The notes under the pieces are model-generated. The model had not been told where the DNA came from. It was given only the letters and a program-made list of their open reading frames with translations, and ran no database searches. A stretch of 64,000 bases of DNA from Octopus bimaculoides. Taxonomy: Eukaryota. Position numbers and translations under genes: made by a program. Shown here piece after piece: positions 1 through 11,239 of this stretch (position 1 is its first letter; each line of letters starts with the position of its first letter). The DNA lies in the NCBI RefSeq assembly GCF_001194135.2, contig NC_068981.1:113300222-113364221 (forward strand). The letters are read 5' to 3'.

Positions 1-132
1 AGAGTGTCCATATCTCTCTTATGTTGTTGCATTTGCTTGTCCATTTGTTCCCTAAACAATTTAATAAGTTCTACTGTCTGTTTTTCAGCCATTGTTATTA
101 CGATGAATAATTTTACGGTAAAGTAAGCATGT

Positions 133-425
133 ATCCTATCGGCGACGCCAATAAACTCTGTTGTATTTCCCTCAGAAGACTTGCAGAGATAACACAATGA
201 GTTGTACAATTTAATTATTACATTTATTATTCAATTACATACAAAGAACGCACTCACCCAATGTTCGTTATGAATAAACAAGAATCATGTCCGCTATATA
301 TGTCAATCAATGACATTTTACTATGACAGTCACACAAGTCAACAACAATGAAACAATGAACTCAGACGAACCACAATGACACACGGAATGTCAGACGAAT
401 AATATATCCAACAGTCCATATAACA
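133..425 (-). mobile_element. Probable 5' LTR (159-425, TG...CA) plus primer-binding site of an LTR retrotransposon running off the left edge
   Basis: Minus strand starts TGTTATAT, ends TACAACA, then 8 nt later TGGCGTCGCCGATAGGAT, resembling the complement of a tRNA-Ser 3' end. CpGs retained. Confidence 0.5.
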
Positions 426-448
426 CTCTCTTTCTCTTCTTTCTCTCT

Positions 449-1003
449 TTCTGGCCAGGTAACTATGTACCACCTTATAGCAAGACACCTGTTTCTGCCT
501 CTATATTTCTCTATCATACTTTAACTTTTCATCATTCAACACATGATCACCTCCTCCAATGTCCCCTCCTTTATAGAAAGACACCTGTTTCTGCCTCTCT
601 CTCTCTGTCACACTCTAACTTTTCATCATCTGACACAATATCCCCTCCTCCAATACCCTTACCCCTCTCAAAATTCCTTGTCTTGCAAGTTACTTAGCGA
701 CCCTGCTGGTGCTACTGCCACATAATAAACATTCAGTCCATGCTGTAAAGTGGTTGGCATTTGGAAGGCCATCCACCAGTAAAAATCATGTCAAAACTAA
801 CCTTGCCTATGGTAGTGCCACATAAAAAGCACTGAGTCCACTCTGCATTGTAGTTGGTGTTAGGAAAGGCATCCAGCCATAAAAACCCTGCAAAAACAGA
901 CACAGTAGCCTGGGGTAGTCTTCTACCTGGCCGGTCCTGTCAACTGTCCTTTCCATGCATGCATGGAAGACAGACGTTAAACAATGATGATGATGATGAT
1001 GAT
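449..1003 (+). mobile_element. RTE-type LINE 3' UTR fragment with (GAT)n tail
   Basis: Shared tail ...ggaaaggcatccagc...gcatggaagacagacgttaaacaa(tga)n, as in copies attached to RT sequence elsewhere in the window; internal ~100 bp duplication. Confidence 0.7.
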
Positions 1004-1142
1004 ATATATANNNNNNNNNNNNNNNNNNNNATATTATTTTGCTTAGGCATAGCAATACTAATAAGATGGTGTTAGAACTCAATAAATGCTTCAGAACAAA
1101 GCATCAATCAAATACAGAGCAGTAATAAAGAAGGAAAAGAAA

Positions 1143-1268
1143 TTGTCATGAACTTCATTAGCTTACAGCTGTTTCTGCTATAAGATGCAATGCACTCATA
1201 GTTGAATGTTTGTGTATCACCCTACACCTTTATTGGAGCTTCAAACATGAAGTGCAATTTTATTTGGG
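1143..1268 (-). ncRNA. Decayed hammerhead-ribozyme repeat, same family as 25000-25120
   Basis: Minus strand ...cttatagca GAAA CAGCTG TA agct; 5' core decayed to CCAATAA; flanks align with the 25024 copy. Confidence 0.5.
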
Positions 1269-2399
1269 AAAGTATTTACATTTATATATATATATATATA
1301 CACAGAAAAGCATTGCTGATGTAAAAAGATAAAATTTTACTGATAGATGTAGATATATATATATATCTATAAAGATAGGTATATGAGTAACTCCTACAAA
1401 AAGAAGTAAAAATGTGTCCTAGAAATAGAAATAGATTGAAAGTAACAGAATCCAAGACAATGAGAGAGAGAAAAAGAGAACAAAAAGATAAAAAAGGAAA
1501 CAGAGAAGCATTTATGTGTGTCAATAAAGAATATTCTACATTAGGATCTTAGCCAGATTGACAATTTACAATTATCAGGCTGAAAGAGGGTAGAGAGGGG
1601 AAATATGTTACAGATAGCTGTGTATGTGTAGATAGAGAGAAAGGGGGAGAAAGTAAGATGATGTTGACAGATATATATCTTCATACATATACACACAGAT
1701 GCACACACTCCAAAGTAAACTTATATACATACACCAAAACATCTCTCCTTCTCTCTATCTGTCTCTACTATAGACACAGATAAACCTATGTAAACAGTTA
1801 CACACACACACACTGAGTGGGCAAAAACTCGATCGATAATCATCGATATTTTCAAAAAGTCGTCCGATTTTGATCAAACTTGACATTCTTACCCAAGGTT
1901 TTTCGTTTTGTTATTTTTTTCTAATTCCATTTTATTTGAGCACAGCACAGGAAAAACTAACTCAAAAAATGCCTTTAAGGCAGGCCATAGTGCTGGAACC
2001 ATTGAGCTGATTGAAACCAAACTCGGTAAACAAATGCATTTTCACCCAGCGAGTCTTATGCCTTGGTACATTTCATTAAATTGTGCTTTGTTTGAGCACA
2101 ATTTGACAAACTCAAATTCAAACAAAATGCCTTTGTTGAGGTAGCTTCTGATTTGCTTTTCTCAGAACACTGACCCCATTCCTTCTCTGATGCATAAACG
2201 ATTAATCTCCACCATGTTGTACACACACATTGTAACCCCACGTGACCTCAAAATAGCTACTGCTAATAATAGTAAACATCTGGCACTGAGGCAATAAATG
2301 AAAGAGATTTCTATGTGTAGCATGAGATAGTTAAAGCAATAACAGCCTCTGTACTACACAAGCTACGGTAAGTACTTACTACTTCCTTCATCCATTTCA

Positions 2400-2760
2400 C
2401 TAGCAGTAGTAACTGGCGTTACACGGGTCTTAATAAATTACCATGAAACTGCAGAAACATGATGCCTTACACTTAAAAAAAGACAGTTTGGGGCATGACA
2501 TTGTTAAAGCAATAACCTTGGTAATCTCTTGAATCAAATCAATACCCAAGCTGCCTTTTGTGCTGTTTATGACTTCCGTGTACAAGTGCTTTTGGGTGAA
2601 GCCAGGCCAGGCCACTGAACCACCAGGCTGATTCGATAGAAATTTCAGGTATGCAGTAGGTATGTTCATAACAGCTGCTTCAATAAATGTTCATTTTTTT
2701 CAAAAAGCTGTCCGATTTCAACCAAACTCGGTACACATTTGCAGTTTGACCCAAAGAGTT
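2400..2760 (-). mobile_element. Helitron 3' terminus and adjacent body
   Basis: Minus strand acccgtgtaacgccagttactactgCTAG|T: subterminal GC-rich motif, CTAG end, following T. Confidence 0.65.
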
Positions 2761-2949
2761 TCATGGCGTCACAGTACTCAACGGATGATGGAAGACTGAA
2801 ACTGAACTACAGAAGCACAATGAAGCTGCGTACTGCTTAATCATTGTGTCTATTGGTCCAGCATTTGATGTGACTCCAGATTATTCAGATTTATTTATGC
2901 TAGGGAACCACTATAACAGCTATTTCTTTACACATACACATATCGCCTG

Positions 2950-4580
2950 CTCACGTACACAATGACAGACACTTGACTTTATTATGTTCAAGCATGCCTT
3001 AAATCATCTCCACTCTGGCGTCATGTCAGGTCACTGACCCTGACAATCAACATGAGGGCTTGATTGTTTGGCGATCAAACGTCTGCTAACTTCACAAGTG
3101 ACATTCTGAAACTTGGCGACGGTAAAGTGCCTCTTGACACTGATGGGGAACTGGATGTCCACCCATTCGCAACCCTCGTTTCATCTTTGGCCGAACTCAC
3201 CGATAAAATGTTTCCCCATTTAAAAGATAATTATCTCAATCATGAATGGCTGTCTGAAAGAGCAGTGCTGGCTCCGAAAAATGTGACCATTACAAAACTC
3301 AATGATCAACTGTTGTAGTCACTTTCTGGTGCTCCTTTCACATACAAATTTGTAGATACAATGGTAGATGCAAATGAATCGGTGAATTTCCCAACAGAGT
3401 TCCTCAACTTTTTAGACCCTACCGCCACATCTGCTCTGCCTTAAAGTTGGAATTCCGGTTATGCTTCTGTGCAATTTGGAGCCCAACCCCCAGACTGTGC
3501 AATGGAACACATCTGGTTGTAAAAAAATTGATGAAGCATGTTGTCAAGACAACCATCCTATCCGGATGCGGAAAAGGTGAGGATGTATTCATTCCAAGGA
3601 TTCCCCTTACTCCCTCAGGAGCAGACATATCTTTCACGTTCAGAAGACTGTAATTCCCACTCCGGCCCAGCTTCACCATGTCTGTCAACAAGTCTCAGGG
3701 CCAGACTCTTTCTGTGGCCGGACTTCTCTTGCTTTTCCTATGGCCAGCTGTACTTTGCATGCTCCAGAGTCAGCAGTAGAGACAGACTGTTCACATTAAC
3801 ACGTCGGGAGAAGACAAGAAACATTGTCTACAATGAAATGCTACATATTTGCCAAGGCTGAAGTGGGTATGTTATCACCATGCATGCTTATAACGGGATA
3901 TGCTCAAATACTTTTACTGTTTTTCCCCCATATCAGACGGAAGCATCAGAAAAGGGCGCCTGCCTCTTGTAACTCTGTGAGTTTATGGAAGGTGTTCATG
4001 TGCTGCTCCTACAATGGCAGAGAGGTGGTGATTCATTGCAGTTGCATGGTAATAATGCAAAGAAACAATGTTGTCAAACAGCTGCTACAAACGGACCGGC
4101 AGAAAGGCAGGTTAGATATCGCATATTTGAGGACATTTCTGCTGCCTTCTATATGGTTGATTACCTCAAGTATGTTTATTCATAACATTAAAGTGACCAA
4201 TTCAACGGAAAAGATACCAATTTACAAAACACATTGTTGCTACATGTTGCATGAACCTTTTGAGGGTGACATTCCAACTGTTGACCATTAACCTCTTTCA
4301 ACTGGGAGCAATCTATCACTCAAACTGTTCCCTCTTAGGAAACACTGAAATTGTTCAACTCATTCTCTTCCTATACGTTTATCTGTGTGCTTCATTCTAT
4401 GGCTTCATTCGCAAGTGTATGGTTCTAATCTGCACTGGGCTGAGGAGTAAGGTCTTGAAATTAGAAGAGCATTGAGTGAACGCAGTAGCCAAGGTAGGGC
4501 TAAAAAAATTTTCTCAGGTGTAAGGCCTCATCTTTCGGCAGTTGAATGGTAATTTATTAAGACCCGTGCAACACCAGGTA
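2950..4580 (+). mobile_element. Helitron remnant with decayed PIF1-like helicase C-terminal half and 3' subterminal motif
   Basis: Frameshifted motifs WLSERAVLAPKN, RLCNGT, FIPRIPLTPS, SQGQ, YGQLYFACSRV (3064-3850); terminus motif gacccgtgcaacaccaggta at 4561-4580. Confidence 0.85.
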
Positions 4581-5316
4581 AGACCCGGCAAGCCAAGTGA
4601 GACCATAATCCGTGGCCTTTGCCAGGGGTGTAGCCAGTCCACTTATGCGTACCTTTCCTTCATTAGACACTAAACTCTGCTTGCGAAGACCTGTTGAGGC
4701 AAGTGAAATCAAAATCGAACCAAATTCGATGACTGGCACCCATGCCAACCTTTCCTTCATTGGACACAAAACTCTGCTTGCGAAGACATGTTGGGGCAAG
4801 TGAAATCAAAATCGTAATTGAACCAACTTCGATGACTGGCACCCATGCCAGTGAAGCGCTAACAGCACCATCCTAGCTTGATCATTGCCAGAGCAGTTGT
4901 CTGGTTNNNNNNNNNNNNNNNNNNNNNNNNNNNNNNNNNNNNNNNNNNNNNNNNNNNNNNNNNNNNNNNNNNNNNNNNNNNNNNNNNNNNNNNNNNNNNN
5001 NNNNNNNNNNNNNNNNNNNNNNNNNNNNNNNNNNNNNNNNNNNNNNNNNNNNNNNNNNNNNNNNNNNNNNNNNNNACCATTTTGAGCATGGCCGTTGCCA
5101 GTACCGCCTGACTGGTCCTCGTACCGGTGGCACATAAAAGCACCCACTACACTCTCTGAGTGGTTGGTGTTAGGAAGGGCATCCAGCTGTAGAAACTCTG
5201 CCAGATCAGATTGGAGCCTGGTGCATCCATCTGGTTTGCCAGTCTTTAGTCAAATCATCCAACCCATGCTAGCATGGAAAGCGGACGTTAAACGATGATG
5301 ATGATGAGGATGATGA
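4581..5316 (+). mobile_element. RTE LINE 3' UTR, 5'-truncated, with internal ~97-bp tandem duplication and an N gap
   Basis: (GAT)n tail at ~5293-5316; duplicated unit acctttccttcatt...ggcacccatgcca at ~4650 and ~4747. Confidence 0.8.
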
Positions 5317-5480
5317 CAGGCTTCTTTCAGTTTCTGTCTACCAAATCCACTCACAAGGCTTTAGTCAACCTGGGGATATAGTAAGAGACACTTGCTCAAG
5401 GTGCCATACAGTGGGACTTGAACCCAGAACCATGTGGTTGAGAAGGAAGCTTCTTACCACACAGCCACTCCTGCACCTAT
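5317..5480 (-). mobile_element. tRNA-derived SINE (family A), 5' half
   Basis: Minus-strand A box TGGCTGTGTGG and B box GGTTCAAGTCC; homologous to 8660-9110 and 61755-62105. Confidence 0.8.
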
Positions 5481-5489
5481 ACACACTCA

Positions 5490-6576
5490 TATTGGGTCAT
5501 CCCATAAACAATGCAGTTTTTTCAATTGCATGAACTAAAAGTTGGAGTGGGATGGGATAAACTACCTGCATCAACTTGCTATATAAACAGGTAGTAATTT
5601 TACCTTGTACTTATTCATAATGCAAGTTTTGAAGAGTGCAGTTCGATTTTAACAGTTATTTTTCCAAAGCTATAATGGAAGTGGCAAAGGACCATATTCA
5701 GCATATTTTACTATATGAGTTCAGCAAAGGCAACAATACAACAGAAAGTACGAGGAATATTAATGCAGTATATGGAGATCGGACAATAAACATAAGTCAG
5801 TGTCAATGGTAGTTCCAGAAATTCCAAGCCGGAAACTACAGCCTAGAAGACAAGCCTCATCCTGGAAAATCTGCAGAGCTTGATGAGGATGTCCTGCAAA
5901 CCCTTGTGAAACGAAACCCCATTGTAACTGTTGAGGAAATAGCAGAGAAGCTTGGCTTTGGTCACTCAACCATTCATCAACCCCTGCATGCCATCGGAAA
6001 AGTCAGCAAATTGGGTCAATCGGTTCCTCACAAACTTTCTGATCATAAATGTGCACAGAGAGTGAATGTGTGCTCTTCTTTGCTGTCACATCTCACAAAT
6101 GAAACCTATTTTGTACCAAATAGTGACTGGTGACGAGAAATGGATTCTTTATAAAAATGTCATGCACTGGAAACAATGGGTAACAAAAGGAGAAAAACCA
6201 GCACCCAAGGCTAAAGAAGGTCTTCACCCATAGAAGGTGTTGTTATCTGCCCGGCCACATACAGTGAGGATGATATTCCAGAGGCTAGAGCAGTTTGAAT
6301 AGAAACCAATGCCCAACCCAACATATCATTTATTCCGTAGTCTTCAAAATCATTTGGATGGAAAAAATATGAATTCTGTAGACAAGGTCAGAACAGTACT
6401 GGAGGAGTGTTTTTCATCATAGACAAATGAATTTTGGAAGAGGGGCCTTGCAAGTCTACCAGATAGATGGAAGAGCATTGTAGAAAATGAAGGAGAGTAT
6501 ATTTTAGATTAAAAAAGAACTTTGTCTAATTTTGAAAAATGAAAGAAGTATAAAAAATTACATTATTTATAGGATG

Positions 6577-6584
<8 letters not shown>
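5490..6584 (+). mobile_element. Mariner transposon, decayed transposase
   Basis: TIRs tattgggtcatcccataaa / tttataggatgacccta with TA flanks; IVTGDEKWILY and GQSVPHKL motifs; stops and frameshifts. Confidence 0.9.
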
Positions 6585-6638
<54 letters not shown>

Positions 6639-6679
6639 ATCTTTAAACTCCATTCTGTCAACACCTTAAATGAAAAATT

Positions 6680-6768
6680 CTTCCCTGAAGACGGAGGCTG
6701 GTGTTATTCGATGATGGAATCAATTTACAATATTTTGGACCACTAAGCCCCCAGAAACAGCTGTTGAA
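6680..6768 (+). ncRNA. Type-I hammerhead-ribozyme-like motif
   Basis: CTGAAGA 6685-91; stem II cggaggct/agccccca around a long loop; GAAA 6754-57; palindrome ACAGCTGT; GTT triplet; weak stem I. Confidence 0.55.
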
Positions 6769-6853
6769 CTCATAAAACCCTTATTCAACCCCTTGAATTT
6801 CTGGTATCATTTCTATTCTGTGTAAGTCAGACTTTTTTATATGCATACATATG

Positions 6854-7736
6854 TATGTGGTCTGATCAATAAGGATCCGGACTGTTGCCATAGTAATGAA
6901 GCTAAAGCACACAGAGTGAAGCTGCTTATTACAGATTGATCTTGAACTGCGCTGTGCATGTACACTAATTTTTAATATTCTAGATCACTTCCACTGTTTA
7001 CAGCAGTGTGTAATGTGTGATCATTGCATTGACCATGACAGAGAAAGTTGAACAGAGAATCTGCATCAAATTTTGCTAAGAGCTTGGCAATACCTGCTTA
7101 GAGGCCTACGCAAAGTTTTCAAAAAGTTAATATTCTCAATACAACCAAGGAAATCTTGTGTAACTGAAACCCATGTGTCTTCTTGGTCAACTGAAATCAG
7201 TTTTGGCTCAAACTTGGCAGGCACACGTCTCATACCCAAATCTTCAGCGATAATTGACTGAACTGAACCATAACTAATGTGAACATCCTCTGATAACTCA
7301 TGGATGGTGATTCAACAATTTCCCCTCACAGCTGCATGCACATCTGTGGTGTTTTTCTTAGTTCTGCTGGTTGTGGGTTTCCCAGAACATTCATCAATAT
7401 CAACATTTTTTCGACCATCTTGGAAAGGTCTGAACCACTTGTACACTTGTGTGCAGCTCATGTACTCCTCTCCATACACTTTCTGAAACTTTCGGCAGGC
7501 CTCTGAGCAGGTATCGCTATCACAACTTTCTTTGTCATATGGTCAATGCGATGATCACACGCTACACACCTTCTTTTGAAGCACTGTTGTAAACAGTGGA
7601 AATGAGTTAGAATGTTAAAACTTGGTACACCTGCACAACAGAGTTCAACATAAATTTTGACCAAGTGGCTTCACTTTGCATGCTTTAGCTTTCTTACTAT
7701 GGCAACAGTCTGGATACTTATTGATCAGACCTCATA
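6854..7736. mobile_element. Fold-back mariner derivative made of two inverted 5' ends
   Basis: Arms 6854-7127 (+) and 7477-7736 (-) align and each contains a TIR plus a transposase start; the minus arm continues through HTH to AKFEPKL; no DDD domain. Confidence 0.8.
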
Positions 7737-7862
7737 CATTTTTTGCACACCGACTTGCCTAATTTGCTTGCCTTTACATTTACTCCTGTACCTGCTCAAG
7801 TGGAAATCTCTTGAGCACTAAGAAGTGTGTTCTATGCAGAGAATACCTGTCTCTAGTCTATA

Positions 7863-7897
<35 letters not shown>

Positions 7898-8244
7898 AGT
7901 AAAAATAAATACAAAAAAGGTGGTTTTTTTGTATGATTGTGTATAGAGGAATATATTATTTTGTTTAAAAGAGTTCCAACACTGTCTGTTTTTTGTTTTA
8001 TTTATATTCCTGCAGAACCAATGTGGGGTATAGAATATGGAATATACAATATATAATATAATATACAATATATAATATAAAATAAAATAAAATAAAAATG
8101 GATGGCACCATGAAATAAAGTATTGAATGTAGATGAAATATTGAGTGTTCAATATAAAGGATCAAATATATAAATATAAATATAAATATATAAAGGCGAC
8201 TCGAGTTTCAGGGCTATTTCCCTTCGTCATGGCCGGTATGACAG

Positions 8245-8286
8245 ACTTTAACAGGTTTGGTTGATGGAAACTGGAAGAAGCTCATC

Positions 8287-8353
<67 letters not shown>

Positions 8354-8600
8354 TATATACACACGCACACACATGTGTGTCTTTGTGTCTGTGTTTGTCC
8401 TCCACCATCATTTGACAACTGGTGCTGGTGTGTTTATGTCCCCATAACTTAGTGGTTTAATAAAAGATAAAATAAGTACTAGACTTTAAAAAAAAATAAG
8501 CCTTGAGGTCGATTTGTTTAACCAAAACCCTTCAAGGCAGTGCCCCAACATGGCCACAGTCAAATGACTGAAACAAGTAAAAGATAAGAGATAAAGATAT
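8245..8600 (+). mobile_element. SINE family A, 5'-truncated, with internal (TA)n/(TG)n
   Basis: gaagaagctcatcg(ta)n...gtttgtcc...aatgactgaaacaagtaaaaga tail. Confidence 0.8.
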
Positions 8601-8659
8601 ATATACACGTGTGTGTCTGTACAATACATGTAGCTATACACACACACACACATATATCT

Positions 8660-8885
8660 TTTAATCTTTTACTTGTTTTAATCATTAGACTGCACCTCTG
8701 CTGAGGCACTGCCTTGAAGAATTTTCAGCTGACTGAATTGACCCCAGTACTTTTTTTTACAGCCCGGTTCTTATTCTATCAGTCTCTCTTGCCAAACTGT
8801 TAATGTACAGGGGCATAAACAAACCAACACCAGCTGTCAAGCAGTGGAGTTGGGGGACAAACACAGACACAAAAACACACACAGA

Positions 8886-8954
<69 letters not shown>

Positions 8955-9110
8955 GATGAGCTTCTTCCAGTTTCCATCAACCAAACCCTCTCACAAGGCT
9001 TTAGTCGGCCTGAGGCTATAGTAGAAGACACTTGTCAAAATGCCATGCAGTGGGTCTGAACCTGGAACAATGTGGTTGGGAAGCAAGCTTCTTACACAGC
9101 CACACCTATG
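8660..9110 (-). mobile_element. SINE family A, near full length, with internal microsatellite
   Basis: tRNA-like head at ~9050-9110, (TA)n/(TG)n core, 3' tail tcttttacttgttt on the plus strand. Confidence 0.82.
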
Positions 9111-9250
9111 CATATATAAAAGCATGGTGGCAATGTAAACAAAGTTCATGTAATAGAGACCTGAAGATTGGCTAAACTGGATTGCTTTACCGACACTACT
9201 TTTTATCTTTTTGATAATATATACTGGAATAATATCCAATTTTGTATATA

Positions 9251-10375
9251 CAGTATATAACACATTATTAGTCACCCCGTTAGGCCATTTTTGCTGCTCA
9301 TTCTCAAAGTTTTTGTCGTACACCTTTTGTAAAGATAACAAATGTTAAACAGAGACTAACAAACGTTTTTTCAAACAAAATTTATTTTTATAAGAATGTA
9401 AAGCACCATTAAGTGAAAGCCCATTCGTTATTGCCAAACCATTCTCGAGCCTGTGGCAACATTCTTGTGCATAGTACTTCCCTGTATTGCTTGGCATTCA
9501 TTGTCCCTTCCACTATGTGCAAGCAACCTGTACCATGTACAGACATCATGGACCATGCCATTACTTTGGTCAGAAATTAAACATGTGTCATTGGTTTGGG
9601 AGATCCAACATAGTGCCAAATGGCTGGTCAATTTGCATTCGAACACTCGAAAGATGCCTTAGAAAAATATACATTAGCCCAATCGTCAACAGTCCAGAAC
9701 AGATGATGTTTGGCCCACTCCAAACGTTTGTAGCGCATTTTGTTAGTAAGACATGGCTTTCACACTGCTAGCATACATTGAAAGCCATTTTCCTTCAGCC
9801 GGTGACAAAGTATCATGGCAGACAATTCAACACTGCCTTTCCATAGTTCTTCAGCATGCTGCCTCAGTGTCTTCTGAGGCTCCATAACAGCCATTTGCAC
9901 AATGGTTCAGTCTGTGGTCACTGATGTCTTATGCTTTGGACCACACTTGTCAATTCTAACACTTGCAGTGACTCCAAATTTCTTGATGCACTGTACTGTT
10001 CCCTTTGAAACACCAAATTTGTTAGCCACCTCTTGCACTGTACTGTTGTTGGCTAAAGCCTTCAGAAGATCATTTATCTCTTGAATAGTGATGTCATTTG
10101 CTTTCCCCATGACAGTAAATATGAAATCGTCTGACAGACAAGCAACATTTATATACTATATTATACTGTTTGGTCAATGGCAACATGATGATCATGTGTA
10201 TGTGCTCATGCATATGTGCATGGTGTTCTATGCAATGAAAAAAGAACTGTAATTAATGGTGTGACAGAGAGTGCTCTTATTGTGTGTCATCATCATCGTC
10301 ATCATTTAACATCCTCTTTCCATGCTGTAGGCACACTGTACCATACAGTATAGTGACTAATAATATGTTACGCTG
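9251..10375 (-). mobile_element. Tc1-like transposon, decayed and internally deleted
   Basis: TIRs cagtatataacacattattagtcac / gtgactaataatatgttacgctg; paired-like HTH N-terminus; fragment WSMMSVHGTGCLHIVEGTMNAKQY. Confidence 0.75.
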
Positions 10376-10544
10376 AATTTTCACTTAACTGTGTAAAAAT
10401 AAATGACAAACATTATAAAATAGTATCAAATAATAATAAACATAATCATTGTTATAGAAATAAATTTTGTTTGGAAAAACATTTGTTACTCTGTTTAACA
10501 TTTGTTAGCTTTACAAAAGGGATACTGCAAAATCATAAAGAACT

Positions 10545-11150
10545 AGAAAAGCACTCGGAGAGTGCAGACCTCCACCAAGCAGCTCATTTCCACCCATATA
10601 CACGCATGCTGAAAATCGTCCAATTTCCCAACCAACGCCGACAAAAACATAACCTCCTTTGCGAGGTTAAAAAAACAAATAACACAGCCATATGATTTAA
10701 AAAAAAAAACCTTTAAAAACAGGAATCATCTGAAGCAGTTATAATACATCAATGACAACAGGAAGCTAGTTTCACCATACAACTAAAAAGAAACAACAAT
10801 TACCTAAAACTTGAGTGACACACACACATAATGTGAGTAAAATTACTAATAGAGAAATGAAAATAAACTTTGGAAACAGCAACGCCACCATAGGTTACGT
10901 TGAAACGATGACCGTGTTTTCAAGGGAGATAATCAAAGAACGTAACGTACAGTAAATATAACAAATGAAAAATCCTTCAAAAATCCATAAAAATTCCTGG
11001 ATCACTGCCACAATTTCATCATATGTTCCCTGTGTCATTACCAACTTTTCCGGCAAGTTTCATCAAATACCATTCAAAACTTTTTGAGTTATTTTGCACA
11101 CAGACTGACAGACTGACAAACCAACACCAATGAAAACATAACCTCCTTCC
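10545..11150. mobile_element. Non-autonomous Helentron/HINE-like element(s)
   Basis: agcactcggagagtgcagacctccaccaag at one end; aaaacataacctcc motifs at ~10645 and ~11135; (gaca)n-like repeat. Family assignment is from memory. Confidence 0.45.
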
Positions 11151-11239
11151 TTACAAAAATGTCCTAAATTTAATGGGTGACTAATAATGCACTATATACT
11201 GTGTGTTTGCCAGAGCCTGTTCCATGGACTGTGCCACTG

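Noticed and set aside
3824-4291. 155-aa ORF
   Set aside because: No recognisable motifs or splice context; lies inside a Helitron remnant.
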